DNA of 56,382 nucleotides from a bacterium (GTDB lineage: Bacteria; Sysuimicrobiota; Sysuimicrobiia; Sysuimicrobiales; Kaftiobacteriaceae), in NCBI GenBank assembly GCA_035763845.1, contig DASUAK010000022.1, positions 1 to 56,382 on the forward strand, in the 5' to 3' direction. The notes under the pieces were generated by a model. That model did not search any database. It saw only the letters and a list, made by a program, of their open reading frames with translations, and had not been told where the DNA came from. Below, in pieces: positions 28,112 to 38,889 of this stretch; within the stretch, counting starts at the first letter, position 1, and each line of letters begins with the position of its first letter. A program made the translations under genes and the position numbers.

Positions 28112-29344
28112 GTGGCGATCGTGGTCGAGCAGGGGCAGTGGCAGCGGGTGGTGGAGGGCGGGATCACCGCCGCGCGGGGGTTCCGCGCCGCGGGCATCCA
28201 CGCCGGCATCAAGGCCTCGCGGCCCGATCTCGCGCTGATCGTCTCCGACACGCTGGCCTCCGCGGCGGGTGTGTTCACGACCAACCTGGTCAAGGCCGCG
28301 CCGGTCCTGGTCAGCCAGGAGCGCATCCAGTCGGGCGCAGCGCAGGCGATCGTGGTGAACAGCGGCAACGCCAACGCCTGCACCGGGGCGCAGGGCATGG
28401 CCGACGCCCGCGAGATGGCCGCCCTGACCGCGGCGGCGCTCGGGATCGCCGAGGAGTTCGTCCTCGTCGGCAGCACGGGCGTGATCGGGATCCCGATGCC
28501 GATGGATGCACTCCGCGGCGGCATTCCCATGCTGCCGCCGGCGCTGAGCGCGGATGGCGGGCAGGCTGCGGCCGAGGCCATCCTGACCACTGACGCCTTC
28601 ACCAAGACCGCGGCGGTGCGCCTGCCGCTGAAGGGGACGACCGTCACCATCGGCGGGATGGCGAAGGGAGCCGGGATGATCCATCCGGAGATGGCCACCA
28701 CGCTGTGCTTCCTCACGACCGACGCCGCCGTGCCGGCCCCGCTCCTGCGGCGGGCGCTGCGCGAGGCCGTGGACCGTTCCTTCAATGCGATCTCGGTGGA
28801 CGGCGACACCAGCACCAACGACACCGTCTTCCTGCTCGCCAACGGGCACGCGGGCCACGCTCCGCTGCTCGAGGAGGACGGCGAGGACGTGGCGCGCTTC
28901 ACCGCGGCCCTCACCGCCGTGGCCGCAGAGCTGGCCCGCCTGGTCGTCAAGGACGGCGAGGGTGCGACGAAGGTCATCACGGTAACCGTGCGGGGGGCGC
29001 GCAGCACCGCCGACGCCCGCCGCGTGATGCGCACCGTGACCACCTCGCCCCTGGTGAAGACCGCGATCTACGGCGGGGAGCCGAACTGGGGCCGCATTCT
29101 GGCCGCGGCCGGCCGGGCGGGGGCCGACCTGGCGCCCGACCTCGCCGAGATCGCCATCGCCGGCGTCCCGGTCGTGCGGGGCGGGCAGGGGCTCGCCGGC
29201 GCGATGCCCCGGGCCGCGGAGGGGATGGCGCAGGCGGAGTACGAGATCGTGCTCGACCTGCACCTCGGAGAGGGCGAGGCCACGGGCTGGACCTGCGACC
29301 TCAACGAGGGCTACGTCAAGATCAACGCCGGCTACATGACATGA
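28112..29344 (+). CDS. argJ: Bifunctional glutamate N-acetyltransferase/amino-acid acetyltransferase
   Basis: GFRAAGIHAGIK, the self-cleavage region MIHPEMATTLCFLTTDA, and the C-terminal YVKINAGY. Confidence 0.96.
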   Translation: MAIVVEQGQWQRVVEGGITAARGFRAAGIHAGIKASRPDLALIVSDTLASAAGVFTTNLVKAAPVLVSQERIQSGAAQAIVVNSGNANACTGAQGMADAREMAALTAAALGIAEEFVLVGSTGVIGIPMPMDALRGGIPMLPPALSADGGQAAAEAILTTDAFTKTAAVRLPLKGTTVTIGGMAKGAGMIHPEMATTLCFLTTDAAVPAPLLRRALREAVDRSFNAISVDGDTSTNDTVFLLANGHAGHAPLLEEDGEDVARFTAALTAVAAELARLVVKDGEGATKVITVTVRGARSTADARRVMRTVTTSPLVKTAIYGGEPNWGRILAAAGRAGADLAPDLAEIAIAGVPVVRGGQGLAGAMPRAAEGMAQAEYEIVLDLHLGEGEATGWTCDLNEGYVKINAGYMT

Positions 29345-29353
29345 GGAGCTGAG

Positions 29354-30229
29354 ATGGCGCTCCAGACGCACGAGGCCGTGGATCTGGGCGGCTCCCTCGC
29401 CCGGGCGCTCCAGTATGTCAACGCCTGGAAGGGCAGGACCGTCGTCGTCAAGTTCGGCGGCAGCATCATGGGGGGCAGCGAGCAGGGCACCGTGGTCGAG
29501 GATCTGGTCCTGCTCAAGGGCGCCGGGGTGGACCCCGTGCTGGTCCACGGCGGGGGACCCGAGATCACGCGGATGCTGGAGCGGCTGGGCAAGGAGAGCC
29601 GCTTCGTCGACGGCCTGCGCGTCACCGACGGGGAGACGATGGAGGTCGTGGAGATGGTCCTGGCCGGTCGGGCCAACAAGGGCCTGGTCTCGATGATCCA
29701 CCGGGCCGGCGGCGCCGCGGTGGGCATCAGCGGGCAGGACGGCCGCGTGTTCCAGGCGCACCGCCTGGCCGGCGAGCTCGGCCAGGTCGGCGAGATCGAC
29801 GCCGTGGACACCTCGCTCGTCACGGTGCTCTCCCGGGCGGGCTACATCCCCGTCATCGCCTCCATCGGGATCGGAGCCGACGGCGAGAGCTACAACCTGA
29901 ACGCGGATCTGGCCGCCGGCGCGCTGGCCGCCGCGATGAACGCGAGCAAGTTCATCCTGATGACCGACGTGCGGGGCGTCTACGGGGGGCAGGACGCGTC
30001 CTCCCTGCTGTCCATCCTGCGCGCGCGCGAGGCGGCGGCGCTGATGGATGAGGGCGTGATCTCGCGCGGGATGATCCCGAAGGTCCAGGCCGCGCTCGGC
30101 GCCATCGCGCAGGGCGTGGGCAGCGCGCACATCGTCAGCGGGACGCTGCCGCACGCGCTGCTCGTGGAGCTGTTCACGCAGGAGGGCGTCGGGACGATGA
30201 TCGTTCCCGATGTCCCCGCGAGCGCGTGA
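29354..30229 (+). CDS. argB: Acetylglutamate kinase
   Basis: GRTVVVKFGGS, VLVHGGGPEI, NLNADLAAGALA. Confidence 0.96.
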   Translation: MALQTHEAVDLGGSLARALQYVNAWKGRTVVVKFGGSIMGGSEQGTVVEDLVLLKGAGVDPVLVHGGGPEITRMLERLGKESRFVDGLRVTDGETMEVVEMVLAGRANKGLVSMIHRAGGAAVGISGQDGRVFQAHRLAGELGQVGEIDAVDTSLVTVLSRAGYIPVIASIGIGADGESYNLNADLAAGALAAAMNASKFILMTDVRGVYGGQDASSLLSILRAREAAALMDEGVISRGMIPKVQAALGAIAQGVGSAHIVSGTLPHALLVELFTQEGVGTMIVPDVPASA

Positions 30230-30280
30230 GCGCGGGCGTGGCGATGTCGGCGCTGCCAATCCGAATGCGGAGGGATTAGG

Positions 30281-31486
30281 GTGGACACGCGAACGGCGCT
30301 GGCGCTCAGCGAACAGTATCTGATGGCCACCTACCGCCGGGCCCCCGTGGCCTTCGCCTCGGGGCAGGGAGCGTGGCTGACCGACCTGGAGGGCCGGCGC
30401 TACCTCGACTTCCTGGCCGGCATCGCCGTCAGCTCGCTGGGGCACACCCACCCCGCGCTCACGGCCGCGATCCGGGCCCAGGCTGCGCGGCTGCTGCACG
30501 TCAGCAATCTGTTCGTCATCCCCGAGCAGGCGGCGCTGGCCCGCTCGCTCGCCGGGATCTCCGGGCTGGAGCGGACCTTCTTCTGCAACAGCGGCGCCGA
30601 AGCGAACGAGGCTGCGATCAAGCTGGCCCGCCGGTACTGGCACCGCAAGGGGGCGTCTCGTTTCGAGATCATCGTGGCCCAGCAGTCGTTCCACGGCCGG
30701 ACGATGGGGACGCTTGCCGCCACGGCGCAGCCGAAGTACCAGCAGGGGTTCGCGCCGCTGCCGCCCGGCTTCGTCCCTGTGCCGTTCGACGACCTGGAGG
30801 CGCTGCGCGCCGCAGTGACGCCCTCCACCGCCGCGGTGATGCTCGAGGTCATCCAGGGAGAAGGGGGCTACCGCTTCCCCTCGCCGTCGTACTTCCCCAT
30901 GCTCCGGCGCTTGTGCGACGAGCAGGGCCTGCTGTTGATCCTGGACGAGGTCCAGACCGGCGTGGGCCGGACCGGCCGGTGGTTCGCCTACGAGCACTTC
31001 GGGATCAGGCCGGACGCCGTGACGCTGGCCAAGGGGCTCGGCGGCGGCGTGCCGATCGGCGCGCTCCTCGCCACGGAGCGCGTGGCCGAGGCCTTCCAGC
31101 CCGGGGATCACGGCTCGACCTTCGGCGGGAACCCCCTGGCGTGCGCCGCGGCGACGGCGGTCGTGGAGACGATCGAACATGAGGGATTGGTCCAGCGTGC
31201 GGCGGAGGTGGGTGCCTATCTGGTCCAGCGCCTGCGGCGGCTGGCAGAGCGGCAGCCCGCGATCACGGAGGTACGGGGGCTTGGGCTGATGGTAGCCGCG
31301 GATCTCGGCGTGGACGCCGCGCAGGTGGTCTCTGCATGCCGCGACCGCGGGCTGCTGCTTAATGCTGTGCAGCCAAGGACCCTTCGGTTCGCCCCACCGC
31401 TGATCGTGACGGAGGCGGAGGTCGATCAGGCCGTGGACATCCTCGACGGAGCCCTCGCTGCGGTGGCGCAGCCGGCGGCCGTCTGA
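30281..31486 (+). CDS. argD: Acetylornithine aminotransferase
   Basis: Class-III aminotransferase: LILDEVQTGVGRTG, and the PLP-lysine region DAVTLAKGLGGG. GGAGGG before GTG 30281. Confidence 0.95.
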   Translation: MDTRTALALSEQYLMATYRRAPVAFASGQGAWLTDLEGRRYLDFLAGIAVSSLGHTHPALTAAIRAQAARLLHVSNLFVIPEQAALARSLAGISGLERTFFCNSGAEANEAAIKLARRYWHRKGASRFEIIVAQQSFHGRTMGTLAATAQPKYQQGFAPLPPGFVPVPFDDLEALRAAVTPSTAAVMLEVIQGEGGYRFPSPSYFPMLRRLCDEQGLLLILDEVQTGVGRTGRWFAYEHFGIRPDAVTLAKGLGGGVPIGALLATERVAEAFQPGDHGSTFGGNPLACAAATAVVETIEHEGLVQRAAEVGAYLVQRLRRLAERQPAITEVRGLGLMVAADLGVDAAQVVSACRDRGLLLNAVQPRTLRFAPPLIVTEAEVDQAVDILDGALAAVAQPAAV

Positions 31487-31503
31487 CCAGGGAGGCGGAA
31501 GCG

Positions 31504-32745
<1,242 letters not shown>

Positions 32746-32755
32746 GCGGGCACCC

Positions 32756-34210
32756 GTGGCCGCTTCGCCGTCGCGCAAGATGTGGGGCGGCCGCTTCACC
32801 GCGCCGCTCGACCCGCAGCTGCTGACATTCACGTCGTCGTTCGACGTGGACCGGAAGCTGCTGCGCTGGGACGCGCTGGCCAGCATCGCGCATGCCATGA
32901 TTCTCGTCGAAGCCGACGTACTTGCCCCCGGCGACGGCGAGACGATCATCGGTGGGCTGCGCGCCATCCTGAAGGATCTTGCTGAGGATCGTCTCGCCAT
33001 CGCCGGGGAACATGAAGACGTCCATTCGTTCCTCGAGGCCGAGCTCTACGCGCGGATCGGCACGCCGGCCGGCCGCCTGCACACGGGCCGCAGCCGCAAC
33101 GACCAGGTGGTCACGGCATTCCGGCTGTATGTGAAGGAGGAGCTGACACACCTCGTCGCCGAGATTCACGCCCTCATGACGACTGCGGTCGACCGTGCCA
33201 CTGGCACGGTCGACGACATCCTGCCCGCCTTCACCCACCTCCAGCACGCGCAGCCTGTGCGGCTGGCCCACCATCTGCTGGCCTATGTCTGGATGCTCGA
33301 CCGCGACGCCGGGCGCCTCGCCGCCGCGCACGACCGCGCCGATGTGCTGCCGCTGGGGTCGGGGGCGATCGCGGGGGCGGGATTTCCCCTCGACCGCCGG
33401 CGCGCCGCGGCGCTGCTCGGCTTCCGCGCGATCTCCGAGAACAGCATCGACGCCGTGGGCGACCGCGACTTCGCCGTCGAAGCCGCCGCCGCCGCCGCAC
33501 TGCTCGGCGCGCACCTCTCGCGCTGGGCCGATGAGCTCGTGCTGTGGTCCACGGACGAGTTCGGCTTCGTCACGCTCGCCGATCGGGTGGCCACCGGCAG
33601 CAGCCTGATGCCCCAGAAGAAGAACCCCGATCCGGCCGAGCTGATCCGCGGCCGGGCCCCGCGCATCGCCGGGGATCTTGTCACGCTGCTGGGGATGTTG
33701 AAGGGTCTGCCTGCCGGCTACCACCGCGATCTCCAGGAGGACAAGGCCGCCACGTTCGAGGCGCTCGATGTGGCCCAGGGATGCACCCGGGCGATGCGGA
33801 TCTTCCTGGGAGGGGTCGAGTTCGCGAAGGAGCGGATGGCGCAGGCGGCGGCGCGGGGATGGCTGACCGCGACGGAGGCGGCGGATTACCTGACCCGCAA
33901 GGGGATGCCCTTCCGCGAGGCGCACGGGCTCGCCGGCGCAGTCGTTCGGCGGGCGATCGAGCGGGGTGTTCCCTTGTGGGAGCTCCCCCTGGCAGACTAC
34001 CAGGCGGTCAGCCCCGCCTTCGAAGTCGATGTCCTCCAGGCGGTTACCCTAGAGGCAGCCATCGAGACCAAAGATGTCCCGGGCGGGACCGGCCGCCGGC
34101 GCGTCGTCGAGCAGCTGGGGCAGGCCCGTGCCGCCCTCGCCCGGATCGAGCGCTGGCTCGAGGGCGCCGCGCCCGGGCTCGCCGCCGCGGGCGGCCTGGC
34201 GGAGGAGTAA
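32756..34210 (+). CDS. argH: Argininosuccinate lyase
   Basis: MWGGRFTAPLD and the fumarate-lyase signature GSSLMPQKKNPD. Start is ambiguous between GTG 32756 and ATG 32780. Confidence 0.95.
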   Translation: MAASPSRKMWGGRFTAPLDPQLLTFTSSFDVDRKLLRWDALASIAHAMILVEADVLAPGDGETIIGGLRAILKDLAEDRLAIAGEHEDVHSFLEAELYARIGTPAGRLHTGRSRNDQVVTAFRLYVKEELTHLVAEIHALMTTAVDRATGTVDDILPAFTHLQHAQPVRLAHHLLAYVWMLDRDAGRLAAAHDRADVLPLGSGAIAGAGFPLDRRRAAALLGFRAISENSIDAVGDRDFAVEAAAAAALLGAHLSRWADELVLWSTDEFGFVTLADRVATGSSLMPQKKNPDPAELIRGRAPRIAGDLVTLLGMLKGLPAGYHRDLQEDKAATFEALDVAQGCTRAMRIFLGGVEFAKERMAQAAARGWLTATEAADYLTRKGMPFREAHGLAGAVVRRAIERGVPLWELPLADYQAVSPAFEVDVLQAVTLEAAIETKDVPGGTGRRRVVEQLGQARAALARIERWLEGAAPGLAAAGGLAEE

Positions 34211-34213
34211 CGT

Positions 34214-34678
34214 ATGGCGATGGACCGGACTCCGGAGCGGCTGCGCGTGATCCGCCGGATCATCGGCGAGGAGCCGATCGCCACCCAGGGCGGGCTGGTG
34301 CGGGCGCTCCGGCGGCGGGGGGTCGCCGTCACGCAGGCGACCGTGAGCCGGGACATCCGGCGGCTCGGGCTGGTGAAGGTTCCGGGGCGGGGCGGCGCCC
34401 GCTACGGGCTGCCCGCCGGGCCGGCGCCCCGTGTCGATCCCGCGCGGATCCGGGCCGTGATGGACGAGTTCGCCCGCGAGGTGATCGTGGCGCTGGACCT
34501 GGTGCTGGTGAAGACGGTGCCGGGGGGCGCCGCCCCGGTGGCCCAGGCGATCGACGACGCGGGCTGGCCCGACGTGGCCGCCACGCTCGCCGGCGAGGAT
34601 ACGATCATCGTCGTGCCGCGGGACCGCCGCGCCGGCCGGGGCGTGGCCCGGCGCCTGGAGGAGCTGCTTCCGCGCTGA
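34214..34678 (+). CDS. argR: Arginine repressor
   Basis: N-terminal winged helix (IATQGGLVRALRRRGVAVTQATVSRDIRRLGLVK) and C-terminal oligomerisation/arginine-binding domain (LAGEDTIIVV). GGAGGAG before the ATG. Confidence 0.93.
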   Translation: MAMDRTPERLRVIRRIIGEEPIATQGGLVRALRRRGVAVTQATVSRDIRRLGLVKVPGRGGARYGLPAGPAPRVDPARIRAVMDEFAREVIVALDLVLVKTVPGGAAPVAQAIDDAGWPDVAATLAGEDTIIVVPRDRRAGRGVARRLEELLPR

Positions 34679-34686
34679 GCGGCCGT

Positions 34687-34712
34687 GAACGCGGCCCTGC
34701 GTCCCCGCGTTC
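34687..34712 (+). terminator. 8-bp hairpin after argR (weak terminator candidate)
   Basis: GAACGCGG (34687-34694) pairs with CCGCGTTC (34705-34712). No U tract. Confidence 0.35.
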
Positions 34713-34733
34713 GGGTATAATGGTCAGGACTGC

Positions 34734-36809
34734 ATGAGCGACCGAGCCGCGCAGTGGCGCGCGTCGTCCTGGTCGCGGCGGCTGGCCATCGGAGCGGGCA
34801 CGTTCGTCGCCCTCGCCCTGCTCTCCGGCGTCCAGTACCTGCGGCCCCGATCCGATCTCACGGTGGGCCAGGTTTCGCCCCGTGACGTCGAAGCCCCGCG
34901 CACCGTCGACTTCACCGACCGGGTGCGCACGGAGGCGCTGCGGCAGCGCGCCGCGCAGAGCGTCCAACCCGTCTACAGCCAGTCCCGCGAGATCAACGAC
35001 CGCACCCGCCAGCTCGTCGCCCGGACCTATGCCACGATCACCCGCGCCCGCGCCGCCGGCCAGGCCGCGGCCGCGGAGATCCTCGCGCGCGACGCGCCCC
35101 TGCCGCTCGGGGAGCCCGCCGTTCTGGCCGCCCTCACCCTCGAGCCCGCGCAGCTGGACGCCTCGCGCACCGTGGCCCTCTCCGTCGTGGACCGCATGCT
35201 GGAGCAGGGGATCCGCTCCGGGGATCTGCCGCGCGTGCAGGCCGACGCCCGCGTCTACCTGCGCTCGCTGCCGATCGCCGGGCGGGCCCTCACCCTGGCC
35301 AGCGCCGTGGTCACGGGGGCGCTGCAGCCCAACCTCACCGTGGACGCCACGGCCACCGAGCTGCTGCGCCGCCGGGCGATGGACAGCGTGGAGCCCGTGC
35401 GGGCGCGTGTCCTGCGCGGCGAGATCATCGTCCGCCGCGGCGAGGTCGTCACCGACGCGCATCTCCAGAAGCTCGTCGCGGTGGGGTTGGCCTCCCAGCC
35501 CTTCTCCTGGGTGCGCTTCGCCGGCACCGCGCTCGCCGCGCTGCTCCTGCTGCTCGTCTCGTACGCCTACATGCGCCAGTATCAGCCCGAGATCTGGTCC
35601 TCGGACACCCTGCTGCTGGTCTGGAGCCTTGCCGTGGTGCTCACCGCGGCCATGGCGCGCATCATGGTGACGCGCTTCAACCCGTATCTCCTGCCGGCCG
35701 CCGCGGGCACGATGCTGATCGCGGTGCTCCTGCGGCCGCGCCTGGCGCTGTACACCGCGGCGTTCCTCAGTCTCCTCACCGCGATCATCGCGGGGGGTGA
35801 CCTGCGGCTGGGCCTCGTGACCTTCATCGGCTCCACCGTCGGGGTCTACGCGATCAAGCGGATCAGCCACCGTACCGACCTCGTCGTGGCCGGGCTGCGG
35901 GTAGGAGTGGCCACCGCCCTCACCGTGATCGCCGTCGGATTGGCCGACCAGCTGCCGTGGTATCCGCACCTGCTGCGGGACGCCGCCTACGGGCTGGGCA
36001 GCGGGGTGCTGGTCGGAGTCATCGCCATCGGTATGCTGCCGTATCTGGAGAACCTCTTCGGGCTGGTCACCCCCATCAAGCTGCTCGAGCTGAGCAACCC
36101 CGGACAGCCGCTCTTGCGGCGGCTGCAGATGGAGGCGCCGGGGACCTACCACCACAGCATCATGGTGGCGAACCTGGCCGAGGCCGCGGCGGAGGCGATC
36201 GGGGCCGACAGCCTCCTCGTGCGCGTCGGGACCTACTACCACGACGTGGGGAAGATCCGGCGGCCGGCCTTCTTCGTGGAGAACCAGGTCGGCATCGAGA
36301 ACCCGCACGACAAGATGGCGCCCAGCCTCTCCGCCCTGACCGTGCTGGCCCACGTGCGCGACGGGCTCGAGTATGCGCACGAGTACCGGCTGCCCCAGGC
36401 CGTGGCCACCTTCATCCCGGAGCATCACGGCACCAGCCTGATCACGTACTTCTATCATCAGGCCGTGGAGCGCGGCGACCCGGTGGACGAGGAGGTCTTC
36501 CGCTACGAGGGGCCCAAGCCGCAGAGCCGGGAGACGGCCATCGTCATGGTCGCCGACGCGGTGGAGGGTGCCTCGCGCGCGCTGACCAAGCCCACCCCGG
36601 ACCGCGTCGAGCAGGTCGTCCGCCGGATCATCCGCGAGAAGCTCGAGGACGGGCAGCTGGACGAGTGTGACCTCACCTTCAGGGACCTGGACACGATCGC
36701 GCAGACCTTCACCCGGCTGCTGGCCAGCATGTTCCATCCCCGCGTCGAATACCCCGACCTCGAGCGAGACCTCCCCGCCCGCAGCGCCAGACCCGCGGCC
36801 GCCCGATAG
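34734..36809 (+). CDS. pgpH: Membrane HD-domain phosphohydrolase (7TM receptor with HD hydrolase; c-di-AMP phosphodiesterase PgpH/YqfF family)
   Basis: Extracellular N-domain, 7 TM segments, and an HD domain (HHSIMVANLAE, YYHDVGK, PEHHGT). Conserved position upstream of ybeY. Confidence 0.9.
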   Translation: MSDRAAQWRASSWSRRLAIGAGTFVALALLSGVQYLRPRSDLTVGQVSPRDVEAPRTVDFTDRVRTEALRQRAAQSVQPVYSQSREINDRTRQLVARTYATITRARAAGQAAAAEILARDAPLPLGEPAVLAALTLEPAQLDASRTVALSVVDRMLEQGIRSGDLPRVQADARVYLRSLPIAGRALTLASAVVTGALQPNLTVDATATELLRRRAMDSVEPVRARVLRGEIIVRRGEVVTDAHLQKLVAVGLASQPFSWVRFAGTALAALLLLLVSYAYMRQYQPEIWSSDTLLLVWSLAVVLTAAMARIMVTRFNPYLLPAAAGTMLIAVLLRPRLALYTAAFLSLLTAIIAGGDLRLGLVTFIGSTVGVYAIKRISHRTDLVVAGLRVGVATALTVIAVGLADQLPWYPHLLRDAAYGLGSGVLVGVIAIGMLPYLENLFGLVTPIKLLELSNPGQPLLRRLQMEAPGTYHHSIMVANLAEAAAEAIGADSLLVRVGTYYHDVGKIRRPAFFVENQVGIENPHDKMAPSLSALTVLAHVRDGLEYAHEYRLPQAVATFIPEHHGTSLITYFYHQAVERGDPVDEEVFRYEGPKPQSRETAIVMVADAVEGASRALTKPTPDRVEQVVRRIIREKLEDGQLDECDLTFRDLDTIAQTFTRLLASMFHPRVEYPDLERDLPARSARPAAAR

Positions 36810-36810
36810 A

Positions 36811-37236
36811 GTGCGGGTCGACGTGCTGCTCCAGGTGGACCGCCCCGGCATCCGGGCCGACCGTCTGCGGCGTGTCGTGGAGCACGTGCTGAAGCGGGAA
36901 CGGGCGCCTCGCGCCGCGGAGATTACGGTCGCCCTCATTTCCGACGCGGCGATCCGGCGGCTCAATGAGAGATTCCTCGGGAAGGACTGTACGACGGACG
37001 TCCTGTCGTTCCAGGGTGATCCCCCCTCGTTAGGCGACGTAGCGATCTCTGTGCATCGTGCACGGGTGCAGGCTCGCGAGGCGGGTCACGCCGTCGGCGC
37101 AGAGATTGCCCTTCTGGCCGCGCATGGCGTCTTGCATCTGCTCGGTTATGATGACGGTCTGCGCGGCCATCGGGCGACCATGATGCGCAGGCAGCGGGCG
37201 CTGCTCGGCGAATTGGGTATCGAGGTGCGGGGATGA
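36811..37236 (+). CDS. ybeY: rRNA maturation endoribonuclease YbeY
   Basis: TDVLSF...GDVAIS...HGVLHLLGYDD. GTG 36811 lies 2 nt after the pgpH stop. The third metal-ligand position is Asp rather than His (see findings). Confidence 0.9.
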   Translation: MRVDVLLQVDRPGIRADRLRRVVEHVLKRERAPRAAEITVALISDAAIRRLNERFLGKDCTTDVLSFQGDPPSLGDVAISVHRARVQAREAGHAVGAEIALLAAHGVLHLLGYDDGLRGHRATMMRRQRALLGELGIEVRG

Positions 37237-37754
37237 GAGTTCGTCCGGCGGGCCGGTGGGCGGGATTCGTACAGGCCCTGCGCTACGCGGTGGACGGGCT
37301 GCACTACGCGATCCGGACGCAGCGCACGTTCCGCATCCAGCTGGTGCTGGCCGCTGTGATCGTCCTCATCACCGTCTGGCTCGGCCTGTCCACGGCCGAG
37401 ATGGCCCTCGTCGCCCTGGCCCTGTTCGCCGTGCTCGCGGCCGAGCTCCTCAACACCGGCGTGGAGGCCATCGTCGACCTCCTCGTCGAGCGGAATCACC
37501 ACGAGCTGGCCCGGCTCGCCAAGGACATCGCCGCGGCGGCCGTGGTCACCTCCATCGCCGGCGCCATCGTCGCCGGCGCCCTGGTCCTGGGGCCCCCGCT
37601 GGCCGAGCGGGTGGGCGTCGCCCCCCTCTGGGCCCTGCGCATCGCCCGGGGCGGCGCCCTGCTCGTCCTCGTGGCCGTTTCCCTGGGGTTGGTCGGCCTG
37701 CTTCGCCGCCCGGCGGCGGGGGAGGCCGGAGGAGCGCGCCGCCGCGCGTCGTAA
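37233..37754 (+). CDS. dgkA: Diacylglycerol/undecaprenol kinase
   Basis: ATGA overlap with ybeY. AVDGLHYAIRTQRTFRIQL..., AELLNTGVEAIVD. Three TM segments. Confidence 0.92.
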   Translation: MRVRPAGRWAGFVQALRYAVDGLHYAIRTQRTFRIQLVLAAVIVLITVWLGLSTAEMALVALALFAVLAAELLNTGVEAIVDLLVERNHHELARLAKDIAAAAVVTSIAGAIVAGALVLGPPLAERVGVAPLWALRIARGGALLVLVAVSLGLVGLLRRPAAGEAGGARRRAS

Positions 37755-37801
37755 TCTCTGCCCTACATCATCCGCACGGCAGCCACAGGGGGGGTGGGAG
37801 T

Positions 37802-38815
37802 GTGCGCAAGACAGGCGCTTACCTGCTTGCCGTCGTGCTGACCGTCGCCTCGGTCAGCTACACGGTGCTCGCGCAGCAGTCCGGGGGCCGCCTGGAGGCC
37901 GTCCGCGCCCGCGGCCGGCTCATCTGCGGCGTTTCGGGCTCCACGCCGGGGTTCAGCTTCCCCGATCCGACCTCGGGCCGCATGACGGGCTTTGACGCCG
38001 AGTTCTGCAACGCCGTCGCAGCCTTCATCGACGTGCCCCAGGTCGAGTACGTGAACCTCACGTCGGCGAACCGCATCCCGGCCGTGGTGTCCGGGTCGGT
38101 GGACGTCGTCTTCCGTACCACGACGCAGACCCTCACGCGGGACGACCAGGTGGACTTCGGGCCCGTGACCTTCTTCGACGGCCAGCGGCTGCTCGTGCGC
38201 AGCAGCTCCCGCATCCGGACCCTGGACGACCTCAACGGGGCCCGGATCTGCGTGCACAGCGGCACCACGAGCGAGCGCAACATCACCGACCAGCTGCGCC
38301 AGCGTAACTTCCGCTTCCAGCTGGTCACCTTCCAGGAAGCCGCGCAGGCCTTCAACGGTCTGTCCGCCGGCCGCTGCGACGTCTTCACCACCGACGCCAG
38401 CCAGCTCACCGCCTTCCGGTCGACGGCGCCGAACCCCGCCGAGTTCATGGTCGTGGGCCGCGAGTTCAGCGACGAGCCGCTGGCTCCGATGTACCAGGAG
38501 AACGACTCGCGCTGGGCCGACGCCGTGACCTACACGGTCTGGGGCATGGTGCTGGCCGAGGAGCTCGGCATCACCTCCGCCGTGGCGCGCGACGCGGGAC
38601 GGCTGGGCCAGCTCACCGCGGCCAATCCGGCGGCGAAGGCGCTGGTGGAGCTGAAAGGCGGCGCCATGCTGCGGGTGCTCCGGCTGGTCGGCAACTACGG
38701 GGAAGTGTACGATCGCTACTTCGGCCCGCGGTCGCGTACGGCCATCACGCGGCCCAATACGCGCAACGAGCTCGCCGTGAAGGGCGGGGCGATGGCGTCC
38801 CGGCCGTTCCGTTGA
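37802..38815 (+). CDS. Amino acid ABC transporter substrate-binding protein (general L-amino-acid, AapJ/BztA-like)
   Basis: GGGTGGGAG before GTG 37802. Signal peptide VRKTGAYLLAVVLTVASVSYTVLAQ. LICGVSGSTPGFSF, GFDAEFCNAVA. Followed by two long permeases and a GlnQ-type ATPase. Confidence 0.85.
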   Translation: MRKTGAYLLAVVLTVASVSYTVLAQQSGGRLEAVRARGRLICGVSGSTPGFSFPDPTSGRMTGFDAEFCNAVAAFIDVPQVEYVNLTSANRIPAVVSGSVDVVFRTTTQTLTRDDQVDFGPVTFFDGQRLLVRSSSRIRTLDDLNGARICVHSGTTSERNITDQLRQRNFRFQLVTFQEAAQAFNGLSAGRCDVFTTDASQLTAFRSTAPNPAEFMVVGREFSDEPLAPMYQENDSRWADAVTYTVWGMVLAEELGITSAVARDAGRLGQLTAANPAAKALVELKGGAMLRVLRLVGNYGEVYDRYFGPRSRTAITRPNTRNELAVKGGAMASRPFR

Positions 38816-38821
38816 GATGCC

Positions 38822-38859
38822 GTCGGGCGAGGCGGGGTGGGGACCCCGTCTCGCCCGAC
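38822..38859 (+). terminator. 16-bp hairpin after the binding-protein gene (partial terminator or mRNA stabiliser)
   Basis: GTCGGGCGAGGCGGGG (38822-38837) pairs with CCCCGTCTCGCCCGAC (38844-38859), with one G-U pair and a 6-nt loop. No clear U tract. Confidence 0.5.
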
Positions 38860-38889
38860 TCCTGATGTCGCTCCAGAGAAGCACCCACC

